A stretch of DNA of 64,000 bases from Eledone cirrhosa (GCA_964016885.1 OZ024740.1:172112001-172176000), one strand, 5' to 3'; positions 13,400 to 27,171 are shown, counted from the first letter of the stretch. The notes: generated by a model not told the origin, from the letters alone. Made by a program: numbers and translations.

Positions 13400-13610
13400 A
13401 TTAGAAGAATCGTGAGAGCGGTGGACAAAATGCTTTTCGGCACTTATTCCTGGTCGTTAAGCTCTGGTCTCAAATCGTGCAAAGGTCAATTTTGCCTTTC
13501 ACACTTCCGGGGCTATAAAATAAAGAACCAGTAAAGTACCGAGGTTTATTTAATCGACTTTCCCCGCCCCACTAAAATTGCTGGCCTTGTGTCTAAATTA
13601 GAAATCATTA
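13400..13610 (+). mobile_element. Nin/Deu-domain-like SINE (family S1)
   Basis: Diverged GGTCAACTTTGCCTTTCATCC..ATAAAATAAAGTACCAGT core shared with many copies (e.g. about 11550, 12170, 15035, 18040, 39260, 45835, 47090, 56880, 58395, 63630). Confidence 0.6.
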
Positions 13611-13957
13611 TTTAGTCCATGAAGACACGTGACTAAGTGGTGAAAGTTTTGGACTCACAATAGGGAGGTTGTAAATTCGAATCCGCTCCTGGTGGTACGT
13701 TATGACTTTGATGCGAAGCTGTATCGGTCTTTGCCTTTCTCCTGGTCAATATCGGTGGTATGGAGAGGGGAAACTGGCATGTTTGAGAAACTGCTGGTAT
13801 TCTATAAAATCACATTGTTCGAGAAACTATCTAGGTTTAAACCCATGGTCAGCTATGACCTAAGGGAGTAGGACGCCCTCTTATTTAGTCCAATGAAGAC
13901 GAGGCAATGTCCAAAATACCTGTACACTCTTCTTCCGATTAAGTTAGTGACGTAGAC

Positions 13958-13993
<36 letters not shown>

Positions 13994-14149
13994 GAGAGAG
14001 ATAGATAGATAGAGAGAGAGCTGCTGTCATATATCTCCAAAACGCGATTTTGATACCGTCATATCTACCTTTCCATCTATGCGAGTAAAATCGAAGCTTA
14101 TCAAGTGTTGATCTTTCTACGTAAATATATATTATTAATGTTGTATTCA

Positions 14150-14211
<62 letters not shown>

Positions 14212-14331
14212 TGAATCGGTGTCCTGACTCTTTTCCTATTACCCACTCTACTACCCTAAATATCGAGTACTCTAGTGCGTTATGGTCCAACTGGTATCTT
14301 ACCACACCTTCTCTGTTCTATACACACACCC

Positions 14332-14400
<69 letters not shown>

Positions 14401-14429
14401 TATATATACACACACACACATATATATAT

Positions 14430-14504
<75 letters not shown>

Positions 14505-14955
14505 TATTTGGGGAGGGTCATATTTGTGTAATATTGCCAGAATTAATAACAGAACACACTCACTGTTTGGTTGGTTTTCGCTTTTCGCTTCTGTGTCTTT
14601 TATATCGGTAATCTAATTTATTCGGTCCTCAATGTTGCCATTGACTGACCGACGGTCAAAAATACAGATACAATATAGACACAAACACATATATATAGTT
14701 TATCAAAGTTCTTTCGTTGCACATCTGCCGTTATATATATATATATTTATATATATATGTATGTGTGTATGTGTGTGTGTGTGTGTGTGTATGTGTGTGT
14801 GTGTGTATGTGTGTGCGTTATCATCATCATTAGCTTATAATTTTGGATTGAGACATAATGACACGGCCGAAATTTAGTGGAGCCTATCCCGTTCCATGCC
14901 GCAAAACGGCCGATTTCTTTCGGAGAAAGTGTAAGTGTGTGTTGTGTGTAGTGGG

Positions 14956-15025
<70 letters not shown>

Positions 15026-15197
15026 TGAAAGAAAATCGACTTAGTACTGGATTGGTACTTTATTTCGCAACTTTTAAAGGATAAAACGGCACATTTTTAC
15101 TCAGCGCGATTTCAATTCAGAGCGCAAAGACCAGAATCAAACATTCTATCCAACGTCCTAGCAACTCTGCCAATTCGTGTATGTGTGTGTATACACA

Positions 15198-15288
<91 letters not shown>

Positions 15289-15384
15289 CCCACTACACAC
15301 AACATACCAATCCAGTACTAAGTCGATATATATATATAGAAATTTATTAAAATAACAGATTAAAGTCTTCTACTTTATTATTAT

Positions 15385-15437
<53 letters not shown>

Positions 15438-15441
<4 letters not shown>

Positions 15442-17079
15442 GAAGAGAGAAGAAACATTTAGATATAATTAGTAATAAAATGTATCATACCTAAACTGCT
15501 CCTAAATTCCTCGACTACGTAGTTTCGTGGCATAAACAAAAACAATATATCATAAAGATATAGAGTCGCTGCGAGGTCTGCCGACTTATCAAGAGGATAC
15601 CTCATTTTACTAGTCTCAAGAACGCGTCTACACGACGTGAGAAAGAATCCCAAAAGGCGGAGGGGGAGATAGTCACGCGATATAACGGTCGAGAAACAGA
15701 GCTAAGCCTCTTATAACCACGAAGAAAATACCACGGAGGCGGAGGGGGTATTCATATCGAGGCCGCAGAAGAGGTGGTGAAGAAGGCTAGAAGTATGAGT
15801 AATGGAAGCTTTCCAGTTGTCCCCACACTTCAAAGATTGCTCGACCAGAGGGAGTTATTAACAATATGTTTAGAAACACACAGATACATGCGGACACACA
15901 CATATATACATGAATGCATCCGCACCCAACTGTGAGTTAAGGGTGCCAACTTCACCGATGTTGCTCAATGAATGACCGGGACAGACCAATTCAGTTGAAC
16001 CAGACTGAACCAGTATCAGAGTTAAAAATACATTATGAAGAGAGAAGAAACATTTAGATATAATTAGTAATAAAATGTATCATACCTAAACTGCTCCTAA
16101 ATTCCTCGACTACGTAGTTTCGTGGCATAAACAAAAACAATATATCATAAAGATATAGAGTCCCTGCGAGGTCTGCCGACTTATCAAGAGGATACCTCAT
16201 TTTACTAGTCTCAAGAACGCGTCTACACGACGTGAGAAAGAATCCCAAAAGGCGGAGGGGGAGATAGTCACGCGATATAACGGTCGAGAAACAGAGCTAA
16301 GCCTCTTATAACCACGAAGAAAATACCACGGAGGCGGAGGGGGTATTCATATCGAGGCCGCAGAAGAGGTGGTGAAGAAGGCTAGAAGTATGAGTAATGG
16401 AAGCTTTCCAGTTGTCCCCACACTTCAAAGATTGCTCGACCAGAGGGAGTTATTAACAATATGTTTAGAAACACACAGATACATGCGGACACACACATAT
16501 ATACATGAATGCATCCGCACCCAACTGTGAGTTAAGGGTGCCAACTTCACCGATGTTGCTCAATGAATGACCGGGACAGACCAATTCAGTTGAACCAGAC
16601 TGAACCAGTATCAGAGTTAAAAATACATTATGAAGAGAGAAGAAACATTTAGATATAATTAGTAATAAAATGTATCATACCTAAACTGCTCCTAAATTCC
16701 TCGACTACGTAGTTTCGTGGCATAAACAAAAACAATATATCATAAAGATATAGAGTCCCTGCGAGGTCTGCCGACTTATCAAGAGGATACCTCATTTTAC
16801 TAGTCTCAAGAACGCGTCTACACGACGTGAGAAAGAATCCCAAAAGGCGGAGGGGGAGATAGTCACGCGATATAACGGTCGAGAAACAGAGCTAAGCCTC
16901 TTATAACCACGAAGAAAATACCACGGAGGCGGAGGGGGTATTCATATCGAGGCCGCAGAAGAGGTGGTGAAGAAGGCTAGAAGTATGAGTAATGGAAGCT
17001 TTCCAGTTGTCCCCACACTTCAAAGATTGCTCGACCAGAGGGAGTTATTAACAATATGTTTAGAAACACACAGATACAT
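15438..17079 (-). repeat. 595-bp tandem array (about 2.75 units), retrozyme-like
   Basis: Units start at 15438, 16033 and 16628 and are near-identical. One HHR per unit. Left end abuts (TA)n. Confidence 0.95.
15508..15597 (-). ncRNA. Type I hammerhead, U3:A8 variant (also 16103-16192, 16698-16787)
   Basis: TCCTC-TTGATAA-GT(C)GGCA..TGCCAC-GAA-ACTACGTAGT-C-GAGGA. Confidence 0.8.
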
Positions 17080-17174
17080 TGGCGTGTTCTACGGCATCCA
17101 TATATATATATAGCTGACGTACCTAGCTTCGCTTAGATAAACAGACGATAAGCCGTCTGTGTAGTCGAGTATGT

Positions 17175-17452
17175 GGAGGCACTTGGCCTAGTGGTAAGGG
17201 TGTTGGACTTACGATCATAATGTCGTGGGTTCGATTCCTGGGTTGTGTATTGTGTTCTTGAGCAAAACACTTCATTTCACGTTGCTCCAGTATACTCAGT
17301 TGAAAATGAGTACCAGCAATAGCTGGAGTTTTAACCCTGCGAGGGACTGGCGCCCTGTCCAGGGAGGAGTCTTGTACTCTCAGTCGCTTCACGCCATGAA
17401 ACCGGGATAAGCACCGGCCAAATGAGCCTTCTGGCTTAAGACAGACTTTAGA
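17175..17452 (+). mobile_element. tRNA-derived CORE-like SINE (family S2)
   Basis: A box TGGCCTAGTGG, B box GGTTCGATTCC, core TGTGTTCTTGAGCAAAACACTT, tail AGACTTT. Confidence 0.8.
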
Positions 17453-18291
17453 CTTTTTAGTAGTATAGTATGACTGTTGAAAACATATAGTATAGTATAG
17501 TATTACTGTTGAAAACATATAGTATAGTATAGTATTACTGTTGAAAATATATAGTACAGTATTACTGTTGAAAATATGTACACGAAGTCAATGCAGACAG
17601 GCAGACATTCAAACAGATATTATAAGTGCGCGACGTTATGGTTATGTATCTATCTAAAAAGACAGAGTAAGAAAGAGAGACGAATCTCGTATTATATATA
17701 TTATATATAATAAAGTACCAGTAATGTACTTCTCACTTTACATACGGCCGTCAGCTTTATTAATATAGATAGAGATTGACAATATACAAAGACGATATTA
17801 TATATCAACTGCAAAATATATGAATGTTTATTTAAGCCGGAAGTGTTGACATTTGAAAGTTTTAAAGATGTGAATCTTTAAATAAATAATAAAATATCTT
17901 TAATCAAGAATAACGGTAGACAAAAATGACCTCACTTTCTTCCTTGGAAAAAATTACATCTATGGTGCAAATTTGGTGCTGTTTGGTCCAGTCGTTTTGC
18001 CAAAAGTTTGTTACATACATACGGCCGTCAGCTTTATTAATAATTGTTTCTACTTTAGGCACAAGGCCAGCAATTACCCAGTGCATTACTGGTACTTTAT
18101 TTTATCGACCCCGTAAGGATGAAAGGCAAAGTCAACCTCGGCGGGATTTGAACTATATATATATGCTTTATTAATAATATATATATATATGCGTGTGTTT
18201 CTTATTGGCAACATGACCGTCCCAAAGTATAACAATATCGGTTTCAACACACGTTTCAGATAAAGAATCTTGCTAAACAAATTCAGAAACG

Positions 18292-18360
<69 letters not shown>

Positions 18361-18363
<3 letters not shown>

Positions 18364-18981
18364 GAATATAAAAGAAAAACGAACACAGATATATACATAT
18401 ATGTGTTCAAATTGCAAGGGACCAGATTCGCTAAGGTGAAAAGAATACTAACTATAGACAATTGGGTTTGCTTGTCTCAATTTAAGAAACAAATCAAGAA
18501 AATAAATACAAACCGGAATTGTGGTAACTACCAATCACCCAGACAACTTGGTGTTGTTTCGCAATGTTAATTGTGAATAGAATATTACCAATTCAAGCTC
18601 ATCAGTGGGTGATGAATTAGTATCCTAGACACTTCTAAGTATATTAAGAAACTGAATAGTGTGCTATATATAATAGCGCACATGGTATCTTAGCGTGTCT
18701 CACAAACTTACACCACTAAAAATAGCACCCAGGTTTATTCGACATTTGAAATAGCTCAACAAATTAACGGAGCCGAATATATCAAAGGTATATATTGAGT
18801 TAGGAACTCAAAATAGTCTCTTACAACAAAATAGCTCTAAGAAAGAGATATTTCCGAGCCGTATATTATAATCGAATATAAAAGAAAAACGAACACAGAT
18901 ATATACATATATGTGTTCAAATCGCAAGGGTAAGATTCGCTAAAGTGGAAAGAATACTAACTGTAGACAATTTGGTTTGCT
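18361..18981 (-). mobile_element. 510-bp monomer plus about 110-bp terminal redundancy, HHR-bearing
   Basis: 18361-18472 is repeated at 18871-18981. Abuts (TA)n. Confidence 0.75.
18534..18613 (-). ncRNA. Type I hammerhead ribozyme
   Basis: ATCACCCA-CTGATGA-GC..GC-GAA-ACAAC-ACCAA-GTTGT-C-TGGGTGAT (8-bp stem I, 5-bp stem III). Confidence 0.85.
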
Positions 18982-19245
18982 ATACATACATTCATATATA
19001 ATCTATACTAATAATAAACATTTACTCTACGGGTTTATGTATACTTATGTATATACAACTCATATCGAGACATCTTTGTATTTTGGTCTTATTATTACGG
19101 GGTCGATAAAATAAAGTACCAGTAATGTACAGGGTAATTGCTGGCCTTGTGCCAAAAAGTAGAAACAATTATTATAATAATATATATATATCGTTTCTGA
19201 ATTTGTTTAGCAAGATTCTTTATCTGAAAACGTGTGATGAAACCG

Positions 19246-20116
19246 ATATTGTTATACTTTGGGAGGGTCATGTTGCCAATAAGAAACACACGCACCATTT
19301 GTTTCACTCCAATTTATTATAAATTAAATTATAAATTTAAAAATTTATAAATTTCCGGTTGGTTGGTTGGTTGGTTGGTTCCACAACCGGACGGTTGCTC
19401 ATATATTGTCAAAGTTCTTTCGTCACACATTCTGTGACCTCTTCAGTGACTGGGGATTCTTTTCTTTGTTTTGTGCTTCTCCTTTGTTCTGTCCTACGCC
19501 ATCTTGTTTTTTGTGTGTGTTTTGTGCTTAGTTTGCGCATGTGTTTCATCATCCGGGTGTCTGTGTGTGTTTTTATTTGTTTATTTATTTGTTTATTTAC
19601 ATGTTACTAGTTGGTTGTTTGTCCTATGTGTGTTTTCATTTTGTCCTTAATTGTAAGTTGTGATGTTGCTATTCCATTCATGTTTTCTATTTAATTTTGG
19701 TTGGAGTTCATTTATGTTTATTGCCTCTGTGATTTGTCTAAACATTGCGTCTTTTCAGTGTGTAAATTTTATTTTTATTTCTATGTTCCCTAATTTGCCC
19801 TTAAAAACACACACACACAGACACCCGGATGTAACACATGCGCAAACTAAGCACACAACACACACAAAAACAAGATGGAGAACAAAGGAGAGGCACAAAA
19901 CAAAGAAAAGAATCCCCAGTCACTGAAGAGGTCACAGAATGTGTGACGAAAGAACTTTGACAATATATGAACAACCGTCCGGTTGTGGAACCAACCAACC
20001 AACCGGAAATTTATAAATGTTTAAATTTATAATATAATTTATAATAAATTGGAGTGAAAGCAACTGGTGCGTGTGTTTCTTATTGGCAACATGACCCTCC
20101 CAAAGTATAACAATAT
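19246..20116. mobile_element. Fold-back element with about 320-bp inverted arms, one HHR per arm
   Basis: 19246-19575 is the reverse complement of about 19803-20116. Related pieces at 18190-18292 and 14500-14730. Confidence 0.8.
19919..19961 (+). ncRNA. Minimal hammerhead (mirror copy at 19408-19450, minus)
   Basis: GTCA-CTGAAGA-G-GTCACA-GAATG-TGTGAC-GAA-AG-AA-CT-T-TGAC. Confidence 0.7.
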
Positions 20117-21055
20117 ATATATATATAAATATATATTATAAAGAGTCTGGATTCAACGGCTCATCTCTTGCCGATTCAATAGCTATATATATATATTTAT
20201 ATATAGGGAGGGGGGGGTGTATAATCGTAAGGATTCGTGGGAACACTATTAAGCATTGGTTACTGTAGTATTCAACGGACGTGTGAAAAATGTCATCTAC
20301 GATAAAAAGTTGATCTGTTGCTAGTCACAATTTGCCCATATCCACAGGCGTTTCAGCGCATTTAAGCCACCTCTGACAGAACTGTATAATGCCTAATAGA
20401 TAATGGTGAAAAACCTGTAGTTGCTATGTTTTCTGAGAATTACGATTTTGTGGATCAACACCTTGTCCAATTAACCAATGCATTTAAACAACCAGATTTA
20501 TATATATATATATATATATATGATGGCTGCACTTCGATTTCGAGTAATGACATCACTTGATACTTAAGCATGAGCATTACTGATATGTTTTTTTAGTCCA
20601 ACTAGGGACTTGTCTATGGCCAGCAATACCATGTATCGCAAACAATGTCACATATAAAGCGATGCCTATGCTTGAAGTTTTTTTAAAGTGAGGATAGGCT
20701 TTGCGCGAAGCCAATCCTACTCTCTGAACATCAAATGCATTTATCCAAAAAGAACTTATCTATATCATTGGATACAAACGAAGTCGCGGGTTTTATATCA
20801 GAGTGACCTTCTCCTAAAGAGATATCTTAATGTCTTAAAAAACAACAAAAAAAAAGAGAATACCCTTATTGGATGGCCGTTGACTCTCTTGAGTTCTTCC
20901 AACTTTTTGACTGTTTTTTTTTTGTTCGTCCCGCAGGGTGTCCAAACAACCCTCCTCACCAAGCAAGCTTGGTGGGGGTGATAGTTTAGTCGCCATGCAC
21001 AGGTTATATTGGGTTACGTTACCAGTAGCGCTGAAGAGCGACCTGACATAATATG

Positions 21056-21140
<85 letters not shown>

Positions 21141-21141
<1 letters not shown>

Positions 21142-21585
21142 AACGGAAAAAATGAAACGATATTTCATTTCCCACTCTTAGTACGGCTGTTACTTAAATA
21201 TAAGTATGTACACGTACATACATATATGTATACCGACGTACAGTAGTATGTATATATATATATATACATATACATACATGCACACATATATATATGCACG
21301 TATGGATTCACTGAACATTTATTATAATGCTCGGTGTGTTTGTAAACAAACATCCCGTATTAAGCCGTAGTGTCTAGCAACCACCGTTGCTCGTTTGTTC
21401 AACACTGACAAAGGAACGCTGTACTAGTTTCAAGCTTGTTAGCTATCGTCAGCAACGTATACCTTCCTGCCAGATTGTTGAACGTATATACTTACCTTAT
21501 GCATATTAACGGCTGAGTAGCCCAATTTGCATATCGAGTGGGTTAATCGGCCGGGTGCACCGAAAACGATAAACGGAAAATGAAA
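21141..21585 (-). mobile_element. About 425-bp HHR-bearing monomer (family R422)
   Basis: Starts and ends with AAACGGAAAA(AA)TGAAA. Same family as 41661-42686. Confidence 0.8.
21417..21457 (-). ncRNA. Minimal type I hammerhead
   Basis: CGTTG-CTGACGA-TAGCT-AACA-AGCTT-GAA-ACTAGT-A-CAGCG. Confidence 0.85.
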
Positions 21586-22176
21586 TATCTCCGAGAGAGA
21601 GAGTGGTTGGAGTGCGCTAAGCAACTGAAGTATACGATTAAGTTATATCTGTATATACACAGAGTGGGTAACCGAGAGTGCACCAATGTGTATATAAATA
21701 TACATATTAATATGTAGACATGCCAGAAAACATGCCAGAAAATAATAATTTCCCTGTAAATTTAAAAAATGAAAAAATGATACATATATATATATAAAGG
21801 AATATATATATATATATATATGTATGTAAAAGGTGAACAGAAATAACAACACAATCGGTACAGTATATCGAAGGGATATATTAGGTTAAAGCTTGATATA
21901 GAAGGAAGAGGGTCTTAACGTTTCGGACGCTAGTCCTTCACCAGAAGAAAGAATGAGGAATAAGATAGATTGAGGGGACGGGCGGGTTGGAATTAGAAAA
22001 AATGTCTTTAGATAAAAATAACAGGTTCATTCATGTTGACATCTCTTGCAAAACTGTTAGTGCTGGCGTTTTGTGTATGATGTATTTTTTAGGAAAGTGG
22101 ATGATGGAACGCTTCTACCTGAAATGGAAAAAAAACCGTTTTGTAAAAAGAGCTATACTTGTGCACGTGCGTAAGC

Positions 22177-22214
<38 letters not shown>

Positions 22215-22442
22215 ATACGTCCGTACGAAGCTAAGAGGAAATGTGTGTGTATATGTAAGTAAAAGAGTGTGTGTGCATGTAAGTACGATGCTATGAGCAA
22301 AAGTATGTTAATATAAGGGTGTGTATGTGTGTATACAGAGAAGTGAAGAGAAAAGTGGAGTGAGCATATATAGTCGGTCTGCATGAGTTGTAAGAGAAGA
22401 TGTTAATGATCATATATATAAAGGTGTATATCTCTTGTGACG

Positions 22443-22860
22443 CTAAACTCCGTCAGCTGCAGACAGTGCATCAACATGAGATATTCTTCTCAACAAAGTT
22501 CGATCACCAACAGCAGAGTTTAAAGAGCAAAAGTCTAGTCTAGCCCATAAGTTGACATTATCAAACCATCGTTTTGGCTGCCGGCCTTTGTTTCTCTTAC
22601 CAGCCAGCCAGCCAGCTTCCCCTCCAGGCATAACCTACTCACACCACGAGTTTTATAACCGATAGTTTGAGTACTCTTGACTTGACAATTGATGTAATTG
22701 GTCATGTTTGATAATGTTGAGCAGCTCACTGATACAGATACGGTCACTGAGCCGCTTGCCAATCATAAGTCTCTTGATGTGGTTCTGGAATGTAGAGAGT
22801 TTTTGAAGTGACCTTGTCGTCCAATTAACACAGTCAAGACCATATAACACAACTGGTAGG
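22443..22860 (-). pseudogene. RTE-like LINE ORF C-terminal remnant
   Basis: LYGLDCVNWT..LSTFQNHIKRLMIG..DRI and GKRNKGRQPKRWFDNV motifs. Confidence 0.7.
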
Positions 22861-22874
22861 ATGTAAATATCAAA

Positions 22875-23106
22875 GGGTTTCGATTCCTGGATTGCATGTT
22901 GTGTTCTTGAGCAAAACGCTTTATTTCATATTGCTCCAGTATACGCAGTTGAAAATGAGTACCAGCAATAGCTGGGGGTTTAACCCTGCGAGGGACTGGC
23001 GTTCTGACCAGGGGGGGGGGGTGTCTTGTACTCTCAGTCGCTTCACGCCATGAAACCGGGATAAGCACCGGCCAAATGAGCCTTCTGGCTTAAGACAGAC
23101 TTTAGA
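22875..23106 (+). mobile_element. SINE family S2, 5'-truncated
   Basis: Closely matches 17225-17452. Confidence 0.8.
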
Positions 23107-25421
23107 TATATACGTGTACATATTTGCGTGCACGTCTGCGTGTATGCGTGCGTATGCGTATGAGATAAAGAGTGAGAGATGCCGTATTAGATCGATTTAA
23201 GAAAGTGGGGTGTGTCTTGAGGAAAATTTGACTTCAATTTCTAACAGATGGAACAACCATGTAAACATATTTGTAGTTCTGTATGTTTATTGTTGTTGTG
23301 AAGAACCTTCCAACCCTGACCATCCTAGCTTTTCGGATATAGCATAGTTATAAATAATTAGATTATCGAATGACTCTCATCTAAGTTGGTACGATCTGAT
23401 TTCAGAAAAATGTGCTCTTTCACCTGTTTCAGCTATTAAAATTTTATCCCTAAGGCATAGGTCATTCTAATTCTAAACAAGACGTCCGATGACGGTGTCA
23501 CGCAATGGGACTAAACCTAAACCACATATTTGTGAAACAAACTCCTTAATCATGCAGTCATGTCTGCTTTATGTATGAAAGTTCTTGTGGTGGTGGTCAT
23601 GGAGAAAGCGGATAAGGTGGATACTGTGGAAGGAGAGTAATGAAAATAAATATGAACTAGCGTCAGAGGAAGTTGTGACAGCAAAAAACAAAAACTTTCT
23701 GAATTAAAATAAGCTTCTCTAAGGTGTTGTGAATGGTGACGTTTCGGACAGGATACTTTATCTGGTACGAAGCCGGATCTAGACATATGTCAAAAAAGCT
23801 ACAGCTCAGTGCTTCATAATCCATAAAGGCAAAAAAAAAAAAAAAAGATTAAACTTTTCTTTACCCTATTCCTAATGAAAGGCACTGCATGTGATTTCTA
23901 AAATAATTAAATATACCTATTAAAAATACCTTGTCCCTGACAGCCGTTCTCCTCCGCAAAAATGGGAGGAGGGTATCTTGAGGAAGGAGCTTCGTGGGTT
24001 GGAATGGCAGGTGCAGTGGATATCGTTGGGTGTTCTTCACTGCAATACTTTCGCCATCTTGTCAGTGGGGGCAGCTGAGATGCGGCGCCCAACCGAGGGT
24101 ATAGAATCCTCCTTCCCCTCTATTTTAGTCAACCCCTCCTTTTTTTTTCCTTTTTTCTTCTCTCTTAAACAACTGAATATGAAATTTTGAATTAATAAAA
24201 CTCTTCCTGAGCTAAAAGAAATATCTCTGAAAAAAACCCCAACAAAAATCAAGTATTCTGAATGTTTGCTCATTATTTTACTAGTGTCTGCTACAAAAGT
24301 TCTTACATAAAATTACAATCAAAGTTTTTTTAGATGAATATAAAGGCGTTAAAATAAATAACCATTGTATCATAGAATCAGGAAAGTTTCTGGCGGTTTG
24401 GTATCAAAAGATTAAAAATACTTACGCTTTTAGTGTTTGTGAAACATTCTGGTGTAATTCTTTTACATGTGGCCAGCAACATTTATATATAGTTTAGAGA
24501 TTCACCAATTCTAAACCCAGCACTGATTTAGTAGTGCGTATTCCAGATCTTTATTTTCAATCTATCTATCTATCTATATATATGTTAGTCTGTCTGTCTG
24601 TCTTTCAGGGATACCTAGGACTACATCATCTAATGTGTCCACGTCCCTCTCTTGGTTGCTATGTTCTTGTGTTAGGGAGTTGCTGTTGCTATCGTTAACA
24701 CTGCTATTGTTGTTATTATTTATGGTGTTGTTGTTGTTGTCGATGTCTTTGTTGTAGTTGTTTTACAAGGTCAGACAAAACTTTGTGAAATATTTTCTAA
24801 GTAATTATTTCCACTCCTGATACAGCTGAGTGAGTCATCTGCATACTTCGTCTGTAATGGTATTTCTAATGTTCAATTTTTATTGCTCCAGTCGCCAATA
24901 TAGCTAAATATTTCACCTACGTGTTGTGCTTCATTTACTCGGTTTTTGTTTTGCCATGAATGAAATTATTTATTATGTATAAGTATTAATGTGGTTTGGT
25001 AAATAAATATATACATATATACCAGGTCCGAATACAATGGAACTAAATTCCTACTGTCACTGCCTCCGTCTCTCTAGTATATATATATACATAAATGAAA
25101 TCATTATAAATGAAATTATAAATGAATAAGCAAATAAGGGCCCACACGCTGGCCACCCCGCGCCCTCGGCGGACAGAATAGAGAAGGCGTTTCCCTGGAG
25201 GATGGTGTGAAGAAGACGCGCTGGCAGAGCCATTCCAGCTCGTGAGGCTCACACCTACGGGTAGACAACTCTGTGCCGATGGAGGTGAGTAGGGAGGTGG
25301 TCCTAAGGCCAAGGACACCAGAAGTCTCTTTTATTTTTGTTTTGTCTTTTTTCTCTTTAACTCTTTTGACACAAAACCACCCGAGACTTTCCCTGGTACT
25401 ACGATGTAAAACTAATTACTT

Positions 25422-25483
<62 letters not shown>

Positions 25484-26096
25484 CTCGCTCTCTCTCTCAC
25501 ACACACACATATATATATATAACCTTCCATCATAATTTTATGTCAAAACCTTTCTAACGATATGCTCCTATACCCAGCCTAACGCGAAAGTTAGTTACCT
25601 AATCTCTTCAAATATTCTTGATTATTTTCAAAATTATTTAAACATTCTAAGCAGTGTCTTTTCATTAGAAATACGTGTATTGAGATGGTTAAGAATGGCA
25701 CACCCTGAGAACTCGCGCTTCAATGAGACATTATTTTCACTTGTTTTTTACTGTTTGTCAAGGAAGGAAAGGCAGCGCACATGAGCTTTAATTCTTTAGA
25801 GCTTCTGAGTTTGGTGAGAGGAATGGAGGAAGTTATCCCCAAAGCGGAGTTCTGACGCAAATGATTGCAATAAGGCGATCTCCGCTAAAGGTACCTAAGA
25901 ACCAAGTGGTGAAGTGGGCAATCGATTAAGTCTACTACCTATGAACTCAGAACTCAAAGAACCAGAATAAATACCACAATAGGCCTCATCTGATGCTCTA
26001 ATAATCCCGGCAATTCACTGCACTAGACAGAACACATATCACCGAAACAGAACAGCAGGGATAAACGACGGACATTCATATATATATATATGCATG

Positions 26097-26127
<31 letters not shown>

Positions 26128-26134
<7 letters not shown>

Positions 26135-26385
26135 TAAGAGGAATTCCAACTTTGTCTGATTTACTCGTTTTATTTACAATCCTTTAAAATCTATAATCGT
26201 ATTATAATGAAATAGTATGATAGAATATTAAATGTTAAGTGTTAATTGACAAATGTTAAGTGTCAATTAACACTTAACATTTAATATTCTATCATACTAT
26301 TTCATTATAATACCATTATAGATTTTAAAGGATTGTAAATAAAACGAGTAAATCAGACAAAGTTGGAATTCCTCTTATTAATATA
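26128..26385. repeat. Fold-back (about 120-bp arms, 11-nt loop) between microsatellites
   Basis: 26128-26250 is the reverse complement of 26262-26385. A deleted copy lies at 51657-51830. Confidence 0.9.
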
Positions 26386-26420
26386 ATCTTCTATACACAA
26401 TCATACACACCCGTGTATAT

Positions 26421-26518
<98 letters not shown>

Positions 26519-26527
26519 ATATATATG

Positions 26528-26590
<63 letters not shown>

Positions 26591-26951
26591 GTGTGTATGT
26601 ATGTATGTATGTATGTATGTATGTATGTATTTATATATACATCTAGCAAACCCATATATATATATATATATGGGTTTGCTAGATGTATCGTAGAATATGA
26701 AAAGCGTAATGTCTTGGAAGCCGCGACAATGCAAGTGTCGAGATAAATATTAAGGCAACAAAACCGAATGAGGAATGAATGAGGTGAGGTTGAAGGAGAA
26801 GAGGAAGAAAAACAAGAAACATTGATAATGTTATCCTGTTCTTTCGGATGTCCTGTCTTTTGTATGTTTTTTTCAGTTTTCAAAAATTATACACAAATAT
26901 CCAATAAAACTTTATTTGTTTGAAGATACAACTTAGGTGAAAAATGTTTAA

Positions 26952-27171
26952 CCCTTTACCATTTATATTACTCTATATTTACTATTGTATTTTTGTGGTA
27001 AAGGCTTTACTTTGCATAATGATCTCACATAATACGAATCTATGAGATTTTGATATTATTTATTTTGAGAATAATACCTTAACATCAGTATGAATGGCCA
27101 GTTATACCTGGTTTGAATAGAAAGTGGTGAGAGAATTCTGGCCGGATACGGCCGGTTTAAATGCTAAAGGG
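26952..27171. mobile_element. piggyBac-like MITE
   Basis: TTAA|CCCTTTACCATTTA ... TAAATGCTAAAGGG|TTAA. Confidence 0.75.

Noticed and set aside
15459-16843. Three repeated 64-aa ORFs
   Set aside because: By-product of the 595-bp repeat; no recognisable protein.
17175-17245. tRNA gene
   Set aside because: SINE head continuing into the SINE body.
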